IMG/VR virus record: IMGVR_UViG_3300022912_000011
Coordinates: 1-54,461 of that record
Reading direction: 5' to 3' (one strand)
Origin: a virus
Lineage: Duplodnaviria > Caudoviricetes
Length of the DNA stretch: 54,461 nucleotides
Below, piece by piece: positions 17,165-25,664 of this stretch. The translations under genes and the position numbers were made by a program. The notes under the pieces are model-generated. The model saw only the letters and a program-made list of their open reading frames with translations. It had not been told where the DNA came from and searched no databases. The stretch's first letter is position 1. The number at the start of each line of letters is the position of its first letter.

Positions 17165-17466
17165 ATATACCCCTAGTATCAATCATAAGGGGTAGACCCC
17201 ACCCCTCCCCTATCATTATTTCAGTTCTCTTTAAGTAATATCCCCCACGTATCTCATCCATTTTACAACATCTTATTCTCAAACTACCCCATTCTTATTC
17301 TCAATCTCTCTAAAACACCCCTGTACACAAGCGTTAAAAAAACTCCATAACTCCATCCCCATCAAAGCACTATGTCCACTTTGAGAATGACTTTGAGAAA
17401 GCACACAGGGGGGTCTTCGCCCCCCACCCCCTTCAAGGTTAAAGGTACTTAGAGTGAATTTTTTCC

Positions 17467-17495
17467 TTGACAAATCGACATAAATGTGTTATATT
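17467..17495 (+). promoter_or_regulatory. Sigma70-type promoter (rightward)
   Basis: TTGACA, 17 nt ending TGTGT, TATATT. Confidence 0.8.
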
Positions 17496-17555
17496 ACAGG
17501 CCAGTAGATTGCTATACACATATGTCACTGTAAGGCACATTAACCAGGAGATGAG

Positions 17556-17714
17556 ATGAAGTCTATCGAAGAAGTTTTGCTGAAGCTGGTAGAGGACTCC
17601 GACTTGGTAGAAGTGGTAAGCTGTCTGGATATATTCATAGCCCCGAAAGATAAATGCCGGGTGAAACTGTATGATGAAGACGGAGAGCAGGTCTATCCTG
17701 TGGAGGGAGCATGA
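17556..17714 (+). CDS. Small hypothetical protein (52 aa)
   Basis: Not in ORF track: MKSIEEVLLKLVEDSDLVEVV...; AGGAG SD. Confidence 0.55.
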   Translation: MKSIEEVLLKLVEDSDLVEVVSCLDIFIAPKDKCRVKLYDEDGEQVYPVEGA

Positions 17715-17819
17715 CAGTTCCCGAAGTAGATGTGAATGACCTGATAGATGAGTATGTAAGATTCAGAGATCAATCCATGTACATGATATGGAAACCGGGA
17801 GGGATACTTGAAGTCTTTA

Positions 17820-18425
17820 ATGCAGAAGTGGGATGAGGTATATAGACAGAAAGTAGTAGAGCGGTTTATAAATCACAAAGTAGCAGAATGTCTCAAGTGT
17901 AATGGCAAGGGATGGTATGAAGTAGGCAAGATAGAGAACTTGTGGATGATTGATAACCGAATTAAAAAACTCTGCTCATGTAGGGCAGAAGCCAAACGGG
18001 AGGTACTCATGGCATTAACACCATTAAGAAAAGATTTTCAGCAGTTGACGAATGATGAATTTCTGCACTTGAAGCGTTTAGGAATGCTGTATGAACTCTA
18101 CCCCGAATATGTAGAGACAATAGATACCAGAGGAAAAAAGATTAAAGCAGAAGAAAAGGCCAAAGGAAAATATGAGAAGTATGAACACCACAAGAAAGAA
18201 GTGTGGGTGAAGAAAGAACTCAAGGGAACTCACAGGGAATGCTGCCTGTGTTTCGATTGTGAGAACTTCCACCCGTTTGAGATTACGAATTGTCACATAG
18301 CACAGGCGAACTTTGAACTGTGTAAGAAGTTCAACACTGTACAACCTGTTTTTGAATGTCCTGAATTTAAGGAGAAGTTTAATGCCAAGACCCCAACAAC
18401 TCAAACGACTGAGAAATCTGACTGA
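17820..18425 (+). CDS. Cys-rich hypothetical protein (CxxCxGxG Zn finger plus C-terminal Cys cluster)
   Basis: CLKCNGKG...CSC; CCLCFDC..C..C..C; internal GGAGG+ATG at 18009 could be a second start. Confidence 0.6.
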   Translation: MQKWDEVYRQKVVERFINHKVAECLKCNGKGWYEVGKIENLWMIDNRIKKLCSCRAEAKREVLMALTPLRKDFQQLTNDEFLHLKRLGMLYELYPEYVETIDTRGKKIKAEEKAKGKYEKYEHHKKEVWVKKELKGTHRECCLCFDCENFHPFEITNCHIAQANFELCKKFNTVQPVFECPEFKEKFNAKTPTTQTTEKSD

Positions 18426-18691
18426 AGCTGAAATGCAAAGACGAGAGGGAGAACTTATCCCATATAGAGCAGAGCCGATGAAGTGGTATTGGAAGCTGGC
18501 AGGATTCGCAGCAGTAGTGATAACATTCATAGCAGCTATGGGAGGATGTTAATGACGGAACGAAGGAATCTATCACAAGGAGCCATCTGGCAATCGGGAG
18601 CGGTAGACTTCTGCAAGTGTGGAGGACTGATACACCGGGATGGCAAATGCACTATGAACTGTAAAAAGCCCACAAAGAAAACGGAGAAGAA

Positions 18692-19102
18692 GTGAAAGAA
18701 CAGTCTTTCTTAATCAAGCACAAAGGAAGCCCTGCTCTCCCCATCACCATACGGGAAGAGATCAAGACCGTGATAGATATGGGAGAATGCTGTGCATTGT
18801 TTGAGCAACACGGAGAGATGGATGATAATGCCAGAATGAACCTTCTGGCTAAAGTAGTGTCAGATATGGTCAACTCTTTTATACCCCTGAAGGTTAAACG
18901 TGGCGTGACGGCTGGCTGTGGAAGCCATAGGAAGGGCGTAGCGAGCTTATTCTATATAGACAATACAACTCTTAGCCATCTGAACGAATGGCCTAAAGAC
19001 AACAATGCAAGAATCCAAATCATTGTAGACTGTTGGAAAGACATACAGGATGTGCTGGACGCATTCGGAATAACTGTGGAGGCTAGGAATGACGCTAGAT
19101 AA
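18692..19102 (+). CDS. Hypothetical protein
   Basis: 136-aa ORF, GTG start with GGAG. Confidence 0.6.
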   Translation: MKEQSFLIKHKGSPALPITIREEIKTVIDMGECCALFEQHGEMDDNARMNLLAKVVSDMVNSFIPLKVKRGVTAGCGSHRKGVASLFYIDNTTLSHLNEWPKDNNARIQIIVDCWKDIQDVLDAFGITVEARNDAR

Positions 19103-19310
19103 AATACATATAAGAGAGAACTACGACGACAAGTACTCGTTCTGTGGGAAAGCTTCTGATAACTTCCAGACGAAGGAAGAGGTCAGGAAGAATGTGAATC
19201 ATGGAGAAACCCACCCCGATCACTTCTGTAAGACATGCTGGATTAAATGGATGCAGTGGTACAGCTTTACACGGAAGGGACTAGACATTCCAGAAAGTGA
19301 GAAACTCTAA
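19089..19310 (+). CDS. Hypothetical Zn-binding protein
   Basis: H...FCG...CKTC; GGAGG SD. Confidence 0.6.
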   Translation: MTLDKIHIRENYDDKYSFCGKASDNFQTKEEVRKNVNHGETHPDHFCKTCWIKWMQWYSFTRKGLDIPESEKL

Positions 19311-19591
19311 TGGCTAAAAAGAAACGTCGCAGTATGATGGATGAAATGGCTGATATGGAACGAGAGATGTCAGACAGCACTAGAGCTAGGAAAGGTAAAA
19401 CAAATCCTAGGGTCTTGGCTGGTCTTAAAGAATTGGCTAAAAGAGTAAGTAAGAAAGGCAAGACAGTTTCTAGCGTTAAATCAAAGTCTGCTACTAAGCA
19501 GAGAAAGAAAGCTGTCAGTAAAGCGAGAAAGACTATGAACCATATTGACCCTAGAAGTGGAACATCAGGCAGAGCTAGGGACGGGAGGTAG
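19310..19591 (+). CDS. Very basic small protein
   Basis: 93 aa, K/R-rich, coupled to upstream stop. Confidence 0.65.
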   Translation: MAKKKRRSMMDEMADMEREMSDSTRARKGKTNPRVLAGLKELAKRVSKKGKTVSSVKSKSATKQRKKAVSKARKTMNHIDPRSGTSGRARDGR

Positions 19592-19592
19592 C

Positions 19593-19712
19593 ATGCCTAG
19601 ACCAAGCACAAGACGGAAAACTTCTTCTACATCTAAGAGCAAACCTCACAGGAGAAAGAAGATCAAAGGCCCGATTGATTCACGGACGGGCAAACCGAAG
19701 AGGAAACAATAA
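19593..19712 (+). CDS. Protamine-like basic peptide (39 aa)
   Basis: Not in ORF track: MPRPSTRRKTSSTSKSKPHRRKKIKGPIDSRTGKPKRKQ; GGGAGG SD. Confidence 0.6.
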   Translation: MPRPSTRRKTSSTSKSKPHRRKKIKGPIDSRTGKPKRKQ

Positions 19713-19912
19713 TGGCTATTAAGAAACAGTGTGCTAACTGTATGTGCATTAATGAGATACATAACTTGACATGCATCATGTGTGGGAATGAACTTGCTGT
19801 AGCCCGACTGCCAAAAGGCTATACCAAGAACGAGAAGATACTTCCCTCCCTTTTAGATCACAAACGCATACGACATCTGACGAAAGATGAATTCCCGACA
19901 AGGATGATATAA
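19712..19912 (+). CDS. Small Zn-ribbon protein
   Basis: CANC...CIMCG. Confidence 0.6.
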   Translation: MAIKKQCANCMCINEIHNLTCIMCGNELAVARLPKGYTKNEKILPSLLDHKRIRHLTKDEFPTRMI

Positions 19913-20190
19913 TGGAAGCTTTTTTTGATATGCTAGCTTGGCGCACTTTGCTGCATTTCATAGGTGGATTTATTATAGGCTTTGTGTCGGCAGGGTTTAC
20001 TAGGTGGCTTATAATAGCAGTAGTGCTTGGAGTATTGACAATAAAAGAATTTTTTATAGACCCACATCCTAGTGATCTGTATTGGGTAAAATCAATTATG
20101 GATATAGGAGTGTGGAGTATAGCTATGGCACTCGGATATTTCGGGTACATGTATTGCAAAGGAGATAACAATGAAAGAACAGTCAAGTGA
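19912..20190 (+). CDS. Three-TM membrane protein (H...KE..D...D pattern, VanZ/YfiM-like)
   Basis: LLHFIGG, IKEFFID, SIMDIG in hydrophobic helices. Confidence 0.55.
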   Translation: MEAFFDMLAWRTLLHFIGGFIIGFVSAGFTRWLIIAVVLGVLTIKEFFIDPHPSDLYWVKSIMDIGVWSIAMALGYFGYMYCKGDNNERTVK

Positions 20191-20341
20191 AACTAACAAC
20201 GGTAGCATGACCTTGAGGAACGCCAGAGATACTGGCCCTGCAAAACGTAAGATGAAGGGTTCACATACTGCGTATGATCCTCGTGATCGTGGTGCAAGCC
20301 CGAAAGGGAACCCTGCTGGCAAATGTGGACTTAGAGGCTAA
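20171..20341 (+). CDS. Small basic hypothetical protein (56 aa)
   Basis: Not in ORF track: MKEQSSETNNG...YDPRDRGASPKGNPAGKCGLRG; AAGGAG SD. Confidence 0.5.
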   Translation: MKEQSSETNNGSMTLRNARDTGPAKRKMKGSHTAYDPRDRGASPKGNPAGKCGLRG

Positions 20342-20353
20342 CAAGGAGATACA

Positions 20354-20827
20354 ATGGCTGTACCTAGGAGAAAGAAATCATTTGAGGCGAAACTATTTGA
20401 AGAGTTTGATGATAAGAAACTTCTTGAAGCTGCCAAGCTTATTTCCACAGGCAACCTCAAGAACGTACCTCAGTTGAACTTCATCCAAGGACTTATCAAT
20501 AGAAAGCTGGAAAAAGAGAAGACGGAAGGACATGTAGATATTGATTACATGTCCTTGCTTCAAGTCGGATGGGAAGCTTGTCGTGACGATGGATTGATGG
20601 AGCCGTTGACAAAAGCCCTTATGAACAAACAGCGAATGCAAAGAGGGGAGAATATAGAATCCCCCAAGAACTTTAAAGAACTTGAAGAAGTTGTTAAAAG
20701 GGTCGCTGAAGTCGAAGGGACTACTCAGGCTGATATCAAAGAAGGAGCCAAGCATTTTTTGAATGGAGATTTTGATAAGGAATTGGAGGAAGGTGAGGAT
20801 GTCGAACACAAAGCTGACCTTGAATGA
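20354..20827 (+). CDS. Hypothetical protein (terminase small subunit candidate)
   Basis: 157 aa, helical, AAGGAG SD; candidate by position only. Confidence 0.55.
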   Translation: MAVPRRKKSFEAKLFEEFDDKKLLEAAKLISTGNLKNVPQLNFIQGLINRKLEKEKTEGHVDIDYMSLLQVGWEACRDDGLMEPLTKALMNKQRMQRGENIESPKNFKELEEVVKRVAEVEGTTQADIKEGAKHFLNGDFDKELEEGEDVEHKADLE

Positions 20828-21119
20828 ACCTGACCTGAACATCTTTAATAACGCAGAGGAAATGGATGTCCATATGAGTTCTAAAAAGCAGAAGATTAAG
20901 TTGCAGATTGAGAGGGCCAAGAAGCTGCCTAAAGAGGGAAGTACAGTCTCAGAGGTAGCAGAGGCTCTTGAAATGACTGACGATGAGATTGAGGCGAACC
21001 TGTCAGTGGGAGTTATCGTGACAAAGTTCACCAAGGGAAAACGGCTGGTAACAAACGAGTCCTTACTATGGGCCGTCAGAAACCAGAAACTGAAAGCATA
21101 TGAAGTCGAAAAAGACTAA
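20799..21119 (+). CDS. HTH DNA-binding protein (excisionase/MerR-like winged HTH)
   Basis: STVSEVAEALEMTDDEI...GKRLVTNESL. Confidence 0.6.
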   Translation: MSNTKLTLNEPDLNIFNNAEEMDVHMSSKKQKIKLQIERAKKLPKEGSTVSEVAEALEMTDDEIEANLSVGVIVTKFTKGKRLVTNESLLWAVRNQKLKAYEVEKD

Positions 21120-21131
21120 AGGAGAAGCAAG

Positions 21132-22076
21132 ATGGCTAGTGATTTCTTAGAGAAGGCTGCTGCTGTATCACCAGCAGATGAGGATGAAGCTCGGTACGAA
21201 AGAGAATACCAAAGGATTGATTCTGGATTGGATGAAATAGAAGACGCTATGGGTGACGATGATGAAGCTCTGGAACTCGCAGAGGAAGAACGAGAAGAGT
21301 TTACTGAGTTCATCGAAGAGACAGACAACAATGAACCTAGAGAAGAGCGTGTAGTTGAGTTGCAGGAGCATGACCCTGAGAACGATGATGTAGACCACAA
21401 GGACAGGTGGAATAAGTTTGCCCAACAGAAGGGCTATCACGAGAGGGTTGTAGCAGAGCGCAAGGAACAGACAGGACACGGAGTAGTTGTACCTAATCCA
21501 GAAGAAGTAGTAATGATCGAAGAGAGTAGACTGAGAGCCAATCGTAAGAAAGAGATTGAGAAGGAGCGTAAGGTGACTCAGGCTACTATCGTAGATAAGG
21601 CCGGGAATGAGTTGAAGACACATGTGCCGAAGAGGGTGCATGAGTTGTCGAAGGAAATTAAGGTTCCTTCAAAAGAGATCATAGCTATACTTGGGCTGAA
21701 GTCGCATCTGACCAAGGTTACACTTGAGCAGGAGAAAGCACTGACAGCCGCTTTAGCAAAACAGAAAACGAAGAAGAAAGAAAAGAAGCCCATCAAGATG
21801 AAGAACAGGGACAAGCAGGTTCAGGCTGAACTGAGCAAGTCCCGTAAGGAAATGTTCGAAGCTGACCCATCAAGGATTGATTGGGTTCCCACAGACGTAG
21901 TAGATAATGTTGGCATGCATCCTGCAATGTGGAGGGCATACCTGCTTTGGTTCCGTGACATGCGTAAAATGAAGCCGGGACTTACTTACGAGGAAGCGAA
22001 AGGGTCGTTGTCCAGAATGGGACACCCTATGCGCTATAGGGCGAGGATGGCACAGAGACAGCAAGCGAGGATTTAA
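21132..22076 (+). CDS. Acidic protein containing an IF2 N-terminal-like domain
   Basis: KRVHELSKEIKVPSKEIIAILGLKSHLTKV resembles IF2_N (RVyELAKEl.v.sKell..L....KSH.s.l). Confidence 0.7.
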   Translation: MASDFLEKAAAVSPADEDEARYEREYQRIDSGLDEIEDAMGDDDEALELAEEEREEFTEFIEETDNNEPREERVVELQEHDPENDDVDHKDRWNKFAQQKGYHERVVAERKEQTGHGVVVPNPEEVVMIEESRLRANRKKEIEKERKVTQATIVDKAGNELKTHVPKRVHELSKEIKVPSKEIIAILGLKSHLTKVTLEQEKALTAALAKQKTKKKEKKPIKMKNRDKQVQAELSKSRKEMFEADPSRIDWVPTDVVDNVGMHPAMWRAYLLWFRDMRKMKPGLTYEEAKGSLSRMGHPMRYRARMAQRQQARI

Positions 22077-23641
22077 TGGCAGACAAGCAAATAGATTTCG
22101 CTGCCGCAAATGCCTTTTCTTCTTTCGAGTGTTTGCTGCAAGATAAGCGAATGACTAAAAGACGTTACCGTATGCTAGGGATGTTGTACTTAGCTTGGTT
22201 GAAGAATAGAATCGCAATGTATCCGCTTCTATGTCTTCCGCATACAATCCCGTTTCACTCTTCCTATAAGAAGATGAAAGCGTTGTTCGGTGGAAACAGA
22301 AGCAGTAAGACGTTTTCTACTGCGGCTGAGATGGTAATGATTGCAACGGGTCAGCATTTTTGGAGACACCCTGCCTCATTACCGAAGCCTCCCTTTCAGA
22401 TGTGGGTGTTGACGGAAGACTTTAAAACCGCATGGGATGTACAGTTACAGGCATTGCTCTACTGGATGCCTCCTAACATGGTATATCCCTTAGACGAACA
22501 TCTTAGATGGTCGGGTAGTACACATGAACTGATAGTGACTCGACCTGAAGGGGATGTTACAATACAGTTTCGCTCATGGACGCAGGGATTCAAAAGACAG
22601 AGAGGCCGCTATGTGGCTGAAGTCTGGTTCGACGAAGAGCCTGAAGATGAGGACGTTTTTAGAGAGATGGAGTTTCGTACTTTGGGTGCTGGTGTCGGTA
22701 GCACTGTTATCTCTGCTACGCCTCAGTCTGGCGCAATGTCCTATCTCTATGATAGAATTATTGAGAACAAGCGTAACGACCCTGAAGTGGAATACTGGCT
22801 TCTGAACAGTTACGATAATTTCTATCTTGATCAGAAGGCTCTGAAGAGGCTGGATGATATGAGCATAGGCGAGGATGAAGCGGAACGTGACATGCGTATT
22901 AAAGGCTTGTTCGCTGTCCGTACAGGGAAAGTGTATAAATGTTATAGGGATGAATACTATGACAGCGATCTAAACCAGAAGGGTTGTCTGGTTAAGGGCA
23001 ACTTCGAGATACCTAGATGGTGGAACAAGTACATGGCTCTAGACCCCGGCTACACAGTATGCGCTGTAGGATGGTATGCAGTTGACCCGTCCAATGGTGA
23101 CATCTACAAGTACCGGGACATGAGGTTTGAGAACGAAGCCATGAGTGAGATAGCCAGAAAGGTACGAGTAGTTAATGGTGACGAAAGAATAGAGTTCTGC
23201 GTAGTGGATGGAAGTGAGCCTAACGCAGCAGTGGAGTTACGAGCTTTTGGGATTAAAGCTGTTCTTGATAGGGACTTCGCCAAGAATCTCAAAGATTTTT
23301 CTGATAGAGGTAGAAAATGGGCTGGTATTGAAAGGACGAGAGGATATCTGACAGGGGCTTATGGGCCTAGACTTTTTATCCTTGACACCTGTGACAATAC
23401 CAGACGAGAGTTTCAGCGTTATGCATACACTGAAGCTGGCGAACCTCAGAAAGAGAACGATCATTTTATGGATGAGACACGTTACGTTATATCATCCAGA
23501 CCAAAAGGAGAGACTCCTAGTTTGCTGAGAACGGGGCCAGTACCTACTATGGAGCAGATGATTTACGAAATGGAACAAAAGAGACAACATCCATATAACG
23601 TTATCGGAGGATTAGATGTCCCGCAAAGAACTGAATTTTAA
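22076..23641 (+). CDS. terL: Terminase large subunit
   Basis: Walker A GGNRSSKT, Walker B VWFDEEP, SATP coupling motif, nuclease ALDPG and DHFMDETRY. Confidence 0.92.
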   Translation: MADKQIDFAAANAFSSFECLLQDKRMTKRRYRMLGMLYLAWLKNRIAMYPLLCLPHTIPFHSSYKKMKALFGGNRSSKTFSTAAEMVMIATGQHFWRHPASLPKPPFQMWVLTEDFKTAWDVQLQALLYWMPPNMVYPLDEHLRWSGSTHELIVTRPEGDVTIQFRSWTQGFKRQRGRYVAEVWFDEEPEDEDVFREMEFRTLGAGVGSTVISATPQSGAMSYLYDRIIENKRNDPEVEYWLLNSYDNFYLDQKALKRLDDMSIGEDEAERDMRIKGLFAVRTGKVYKCYRDEYYDSDLNQKGCLVKGNFEIPRWWNKYMALDPGYTVCAVGWYAVDPSNGDIYKYRDMRFENEAMSEIARKVRVVNGDERIEFCVVDGSEPNAAVELRAFGIKAVLDRDFAKNLKDFSDRGRKWAGIERTRGYLTGAYGPRLFILDTCDNTRREFQRYAYTEAGEPQKENDHFMDETRYVISSRPKGETPSLLRTGPVPTMEQMIYEMEQKRQHPYNVIGGLDVPQRTEF

Positions 23642-23652
23642 CAGGAGGAAAC

Positions 23653-24654
23653 ATGATCAAAAAAATTCTCACATGCGTCATAGCCTTGCTGATCACTTTT
23701 GCGGGGATAGGTAACGCACAAAATTCTACGACTATTCCTACTACTTTTGAGTTTGCTGTCCCTGATGGGCTGGCAAACATGTTTGGTAGGGCTGGTACGC
23801 CGAAGACATTTAAGATTAATAATGTAGGAGATGTCCTTTCAACTGCTACATCTGAAACAGAATATGCTAATTTAGGGCAGATATCGGGAATGGATATTAC
23901 TATTGAGGTTGTAGAAAAACTTTCTCTTCCACAGTCGGGAGGGAAGACTGTTGTGCTGGAATATATAATAGAGCATAACACGGCTGGACAGTTTCCTACA
24001 AATCAATATACATGGCGAGACACAGTACAGCCGAGTACTCAACAGTACATTCCTGAATTGCCGACTGATGTAGGTGGAGAAGTTGTAGACTCTTTGTTTA
24101 CAGTAGTTTACAATTCAAATGCTAACTTGGCAAAGGGGGATAAGGTTACTCTTGGGTTTACCCATAACGTAGCTATTAACACTACTGATAATGGAGAGCT
24201 TACTACTGTAGCCAAGACAAGAGAAGAAGCTTTAGTTGGACTTGGAGTTTTATATATCTGTGGATTTGATTCTATTGTAGGAAATACAAATACTATTCAA
24301 ATGGGAATCTTTCCTGCAAGCAGCAACATGGATACTTACATCTATGTGCAGGGAACTGGTGCTTATCGAGTGCAACTATTTGAGGCTCCTACAGATAGTA
24401 TCTTTGGAGATACTCTGACTGTTCAAAATATGAATAGGGATACTGATAAGACATCCAGTGTTACTTTTACAAAAAATCTGATTCCTAAAGTAAATGGAGA
24501 TGGAACTGAATTGATACCGTGGCGAGGCGCAGGAATTATAGGCGGTTTCACAGGAAACAACTTTTGGAGACTTGATTCTGCTTTTAAATATTATTTGAAG
24601 GTTTCATCTGGTGCTGCCACTAATGGTATTTCCATTCAGGTACTTTATAACTAA
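23653..24654 (+). CDS. Signal-peptide-bearing beta-rich protein (paralog A)
   Basis: MIKKILTCVIALLITFAGIGNA|Q; shares FEAPTDSxxGDTLTxxNxNR..FTKN with next gene. Confidence 0.8.
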   Translation: MIKKILTCVIALLITFAGIGNAQNSTTIPTTFEFAVPDGLANMFGRAGTPKTFKINNVGDVLSTATSETEYANLGQISGMDITIEVVEKLSLPQSGGKTVVLEYIIEHNTAGQFPTNQYTWRDTVQPSTQQYIPELPTDVGGEVVDSLFTVVYNSNANLAKGDKVTLGFTHNVAINTTDNGELTTVAKTREEALVGLGVLYICGFDSIVGNTNTIQMGIFPASSNMDTYIYVQGTGAYRVQLFEAPTDSIFGDTLTVQNMNRDTDKTSSVTFTKNLIPKVNGDGTELIPWRGAGIIGGFTGNNFWRLDSAFKYYLKVSSGAATNGISIQVLYN

Positions 24655-24664
24655 TGGAGGATGC

Positions 24665-25663
24665 ATGAGAAAGATATTTATTGTTATGTTTGCTTTCTTG
24701 CTATCCTTCACAGGTATAGCTGAAGCTCAGAATACTAATGCATCTAACGTGAACTACGCAACACAGGAATGGTCTGCAAGTCCGAATCTATTTGCTTTTA
24801 CTACAGATGCTCAGATATATAAAGCAGATAAGCAGGGTTCGGATATGATTGAAACGTTCTGGAATCAGAATGATATAGCTGATCTTGACACACTTCAGAG
24901 TATGCGAATAAGTATTGAAGTAACCAAGAAGATAGCATATAACAGGGCTGTACTTAAGTACACATTAGCTACTCTACTTGGTAGGCAGTGGACTCAGAAC
25001 ACGGCTTCATGGCTGGATACAGTCTACACTACTCCGAATGGGTATTGGGTTCCTGAGACTGAACAGACTACTTATGGAGCATTGAAGGTTGACTCCCTGT
25101 TCTATGTTGAGTATAAGGATACACTGAATGTAGGAGATAAGGTAGAGATTGGGTTCTCTCATCACATTGCTCTGAGGACTAATCAGAAGGGTGAGTTGAA
25201 GACAGAATCTTACACACATATCCAGTCGAAGGTAGAAGCTGGCGAACAGTTCCATACTTTCTTGGACACTACTTTGGCTACGAATGAATTTGTTACGTTT
25301 AGGATTAATCCTGAATATGCTATTCATACTGATTTCTCTGTTCAGGCTTCTGATGGATTTAAGGTAGAAATATTTGAAGCTCCAACGGATAGTGTGATTG
25401 GTGATACTTTGACTTTACTCAATAAGAATCGAGCTAGTGATAGAGTTACTGGAACTGTTTTTACTAAGAACTTTATCAGTACTGTTGGTGGGCCGGGACT
25501 CACAATAGATGTGTATCGCAGTGGAAGAAACAATGTGATTGGCGATGTAATCACTGGTTATTGGGTTTTTGATAAAACTAAAAACTATGTGTTTAAAATT
25601 ACTTCAGTAGCTAATTCTAACAACGTAAATGCACAGCTTCAGTTTCACTCAGAGGGGTATTAG
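24665..25663 (+). CDS. Signal-peptide-bearing beta-rich protein (paralog B)
   Basis: MRKIFIVMFAFLLSFTGIAEA|Q after GGAGG SD; paralogous to 23653-24654. Confidence 0.8.
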   Translation: MRKIFIVMFAFLLSFTGIAEAQNTNASNVNYATQEWSASPNLFAFTTDAQIYKADKQGSDMIETFWNQNDIADLDTLQSMRISIEVTKKIAYNRAVLKYTLATLLGRQWTQNTASWLDTVYTTPNGYWVPETEQTTYGALKVDSLFYVEYKDTLNVGDKVEIGFSHHIALRTNQKGELKTESYTHIQSKVEAGEQFHTFLDTTLATNEFVTFRINPEYAIHTDFSVQASDGFKVEIFEAPTDSVIGDTLTLLNKNRASDRVTGTVFTKNFISTVGGPGLTIDVYRSGRNNVIGDVITGYWVFDKTKNYVFKITSVANSNNVNAQLQFHSEGY

Positions 25664-25664
25664 T

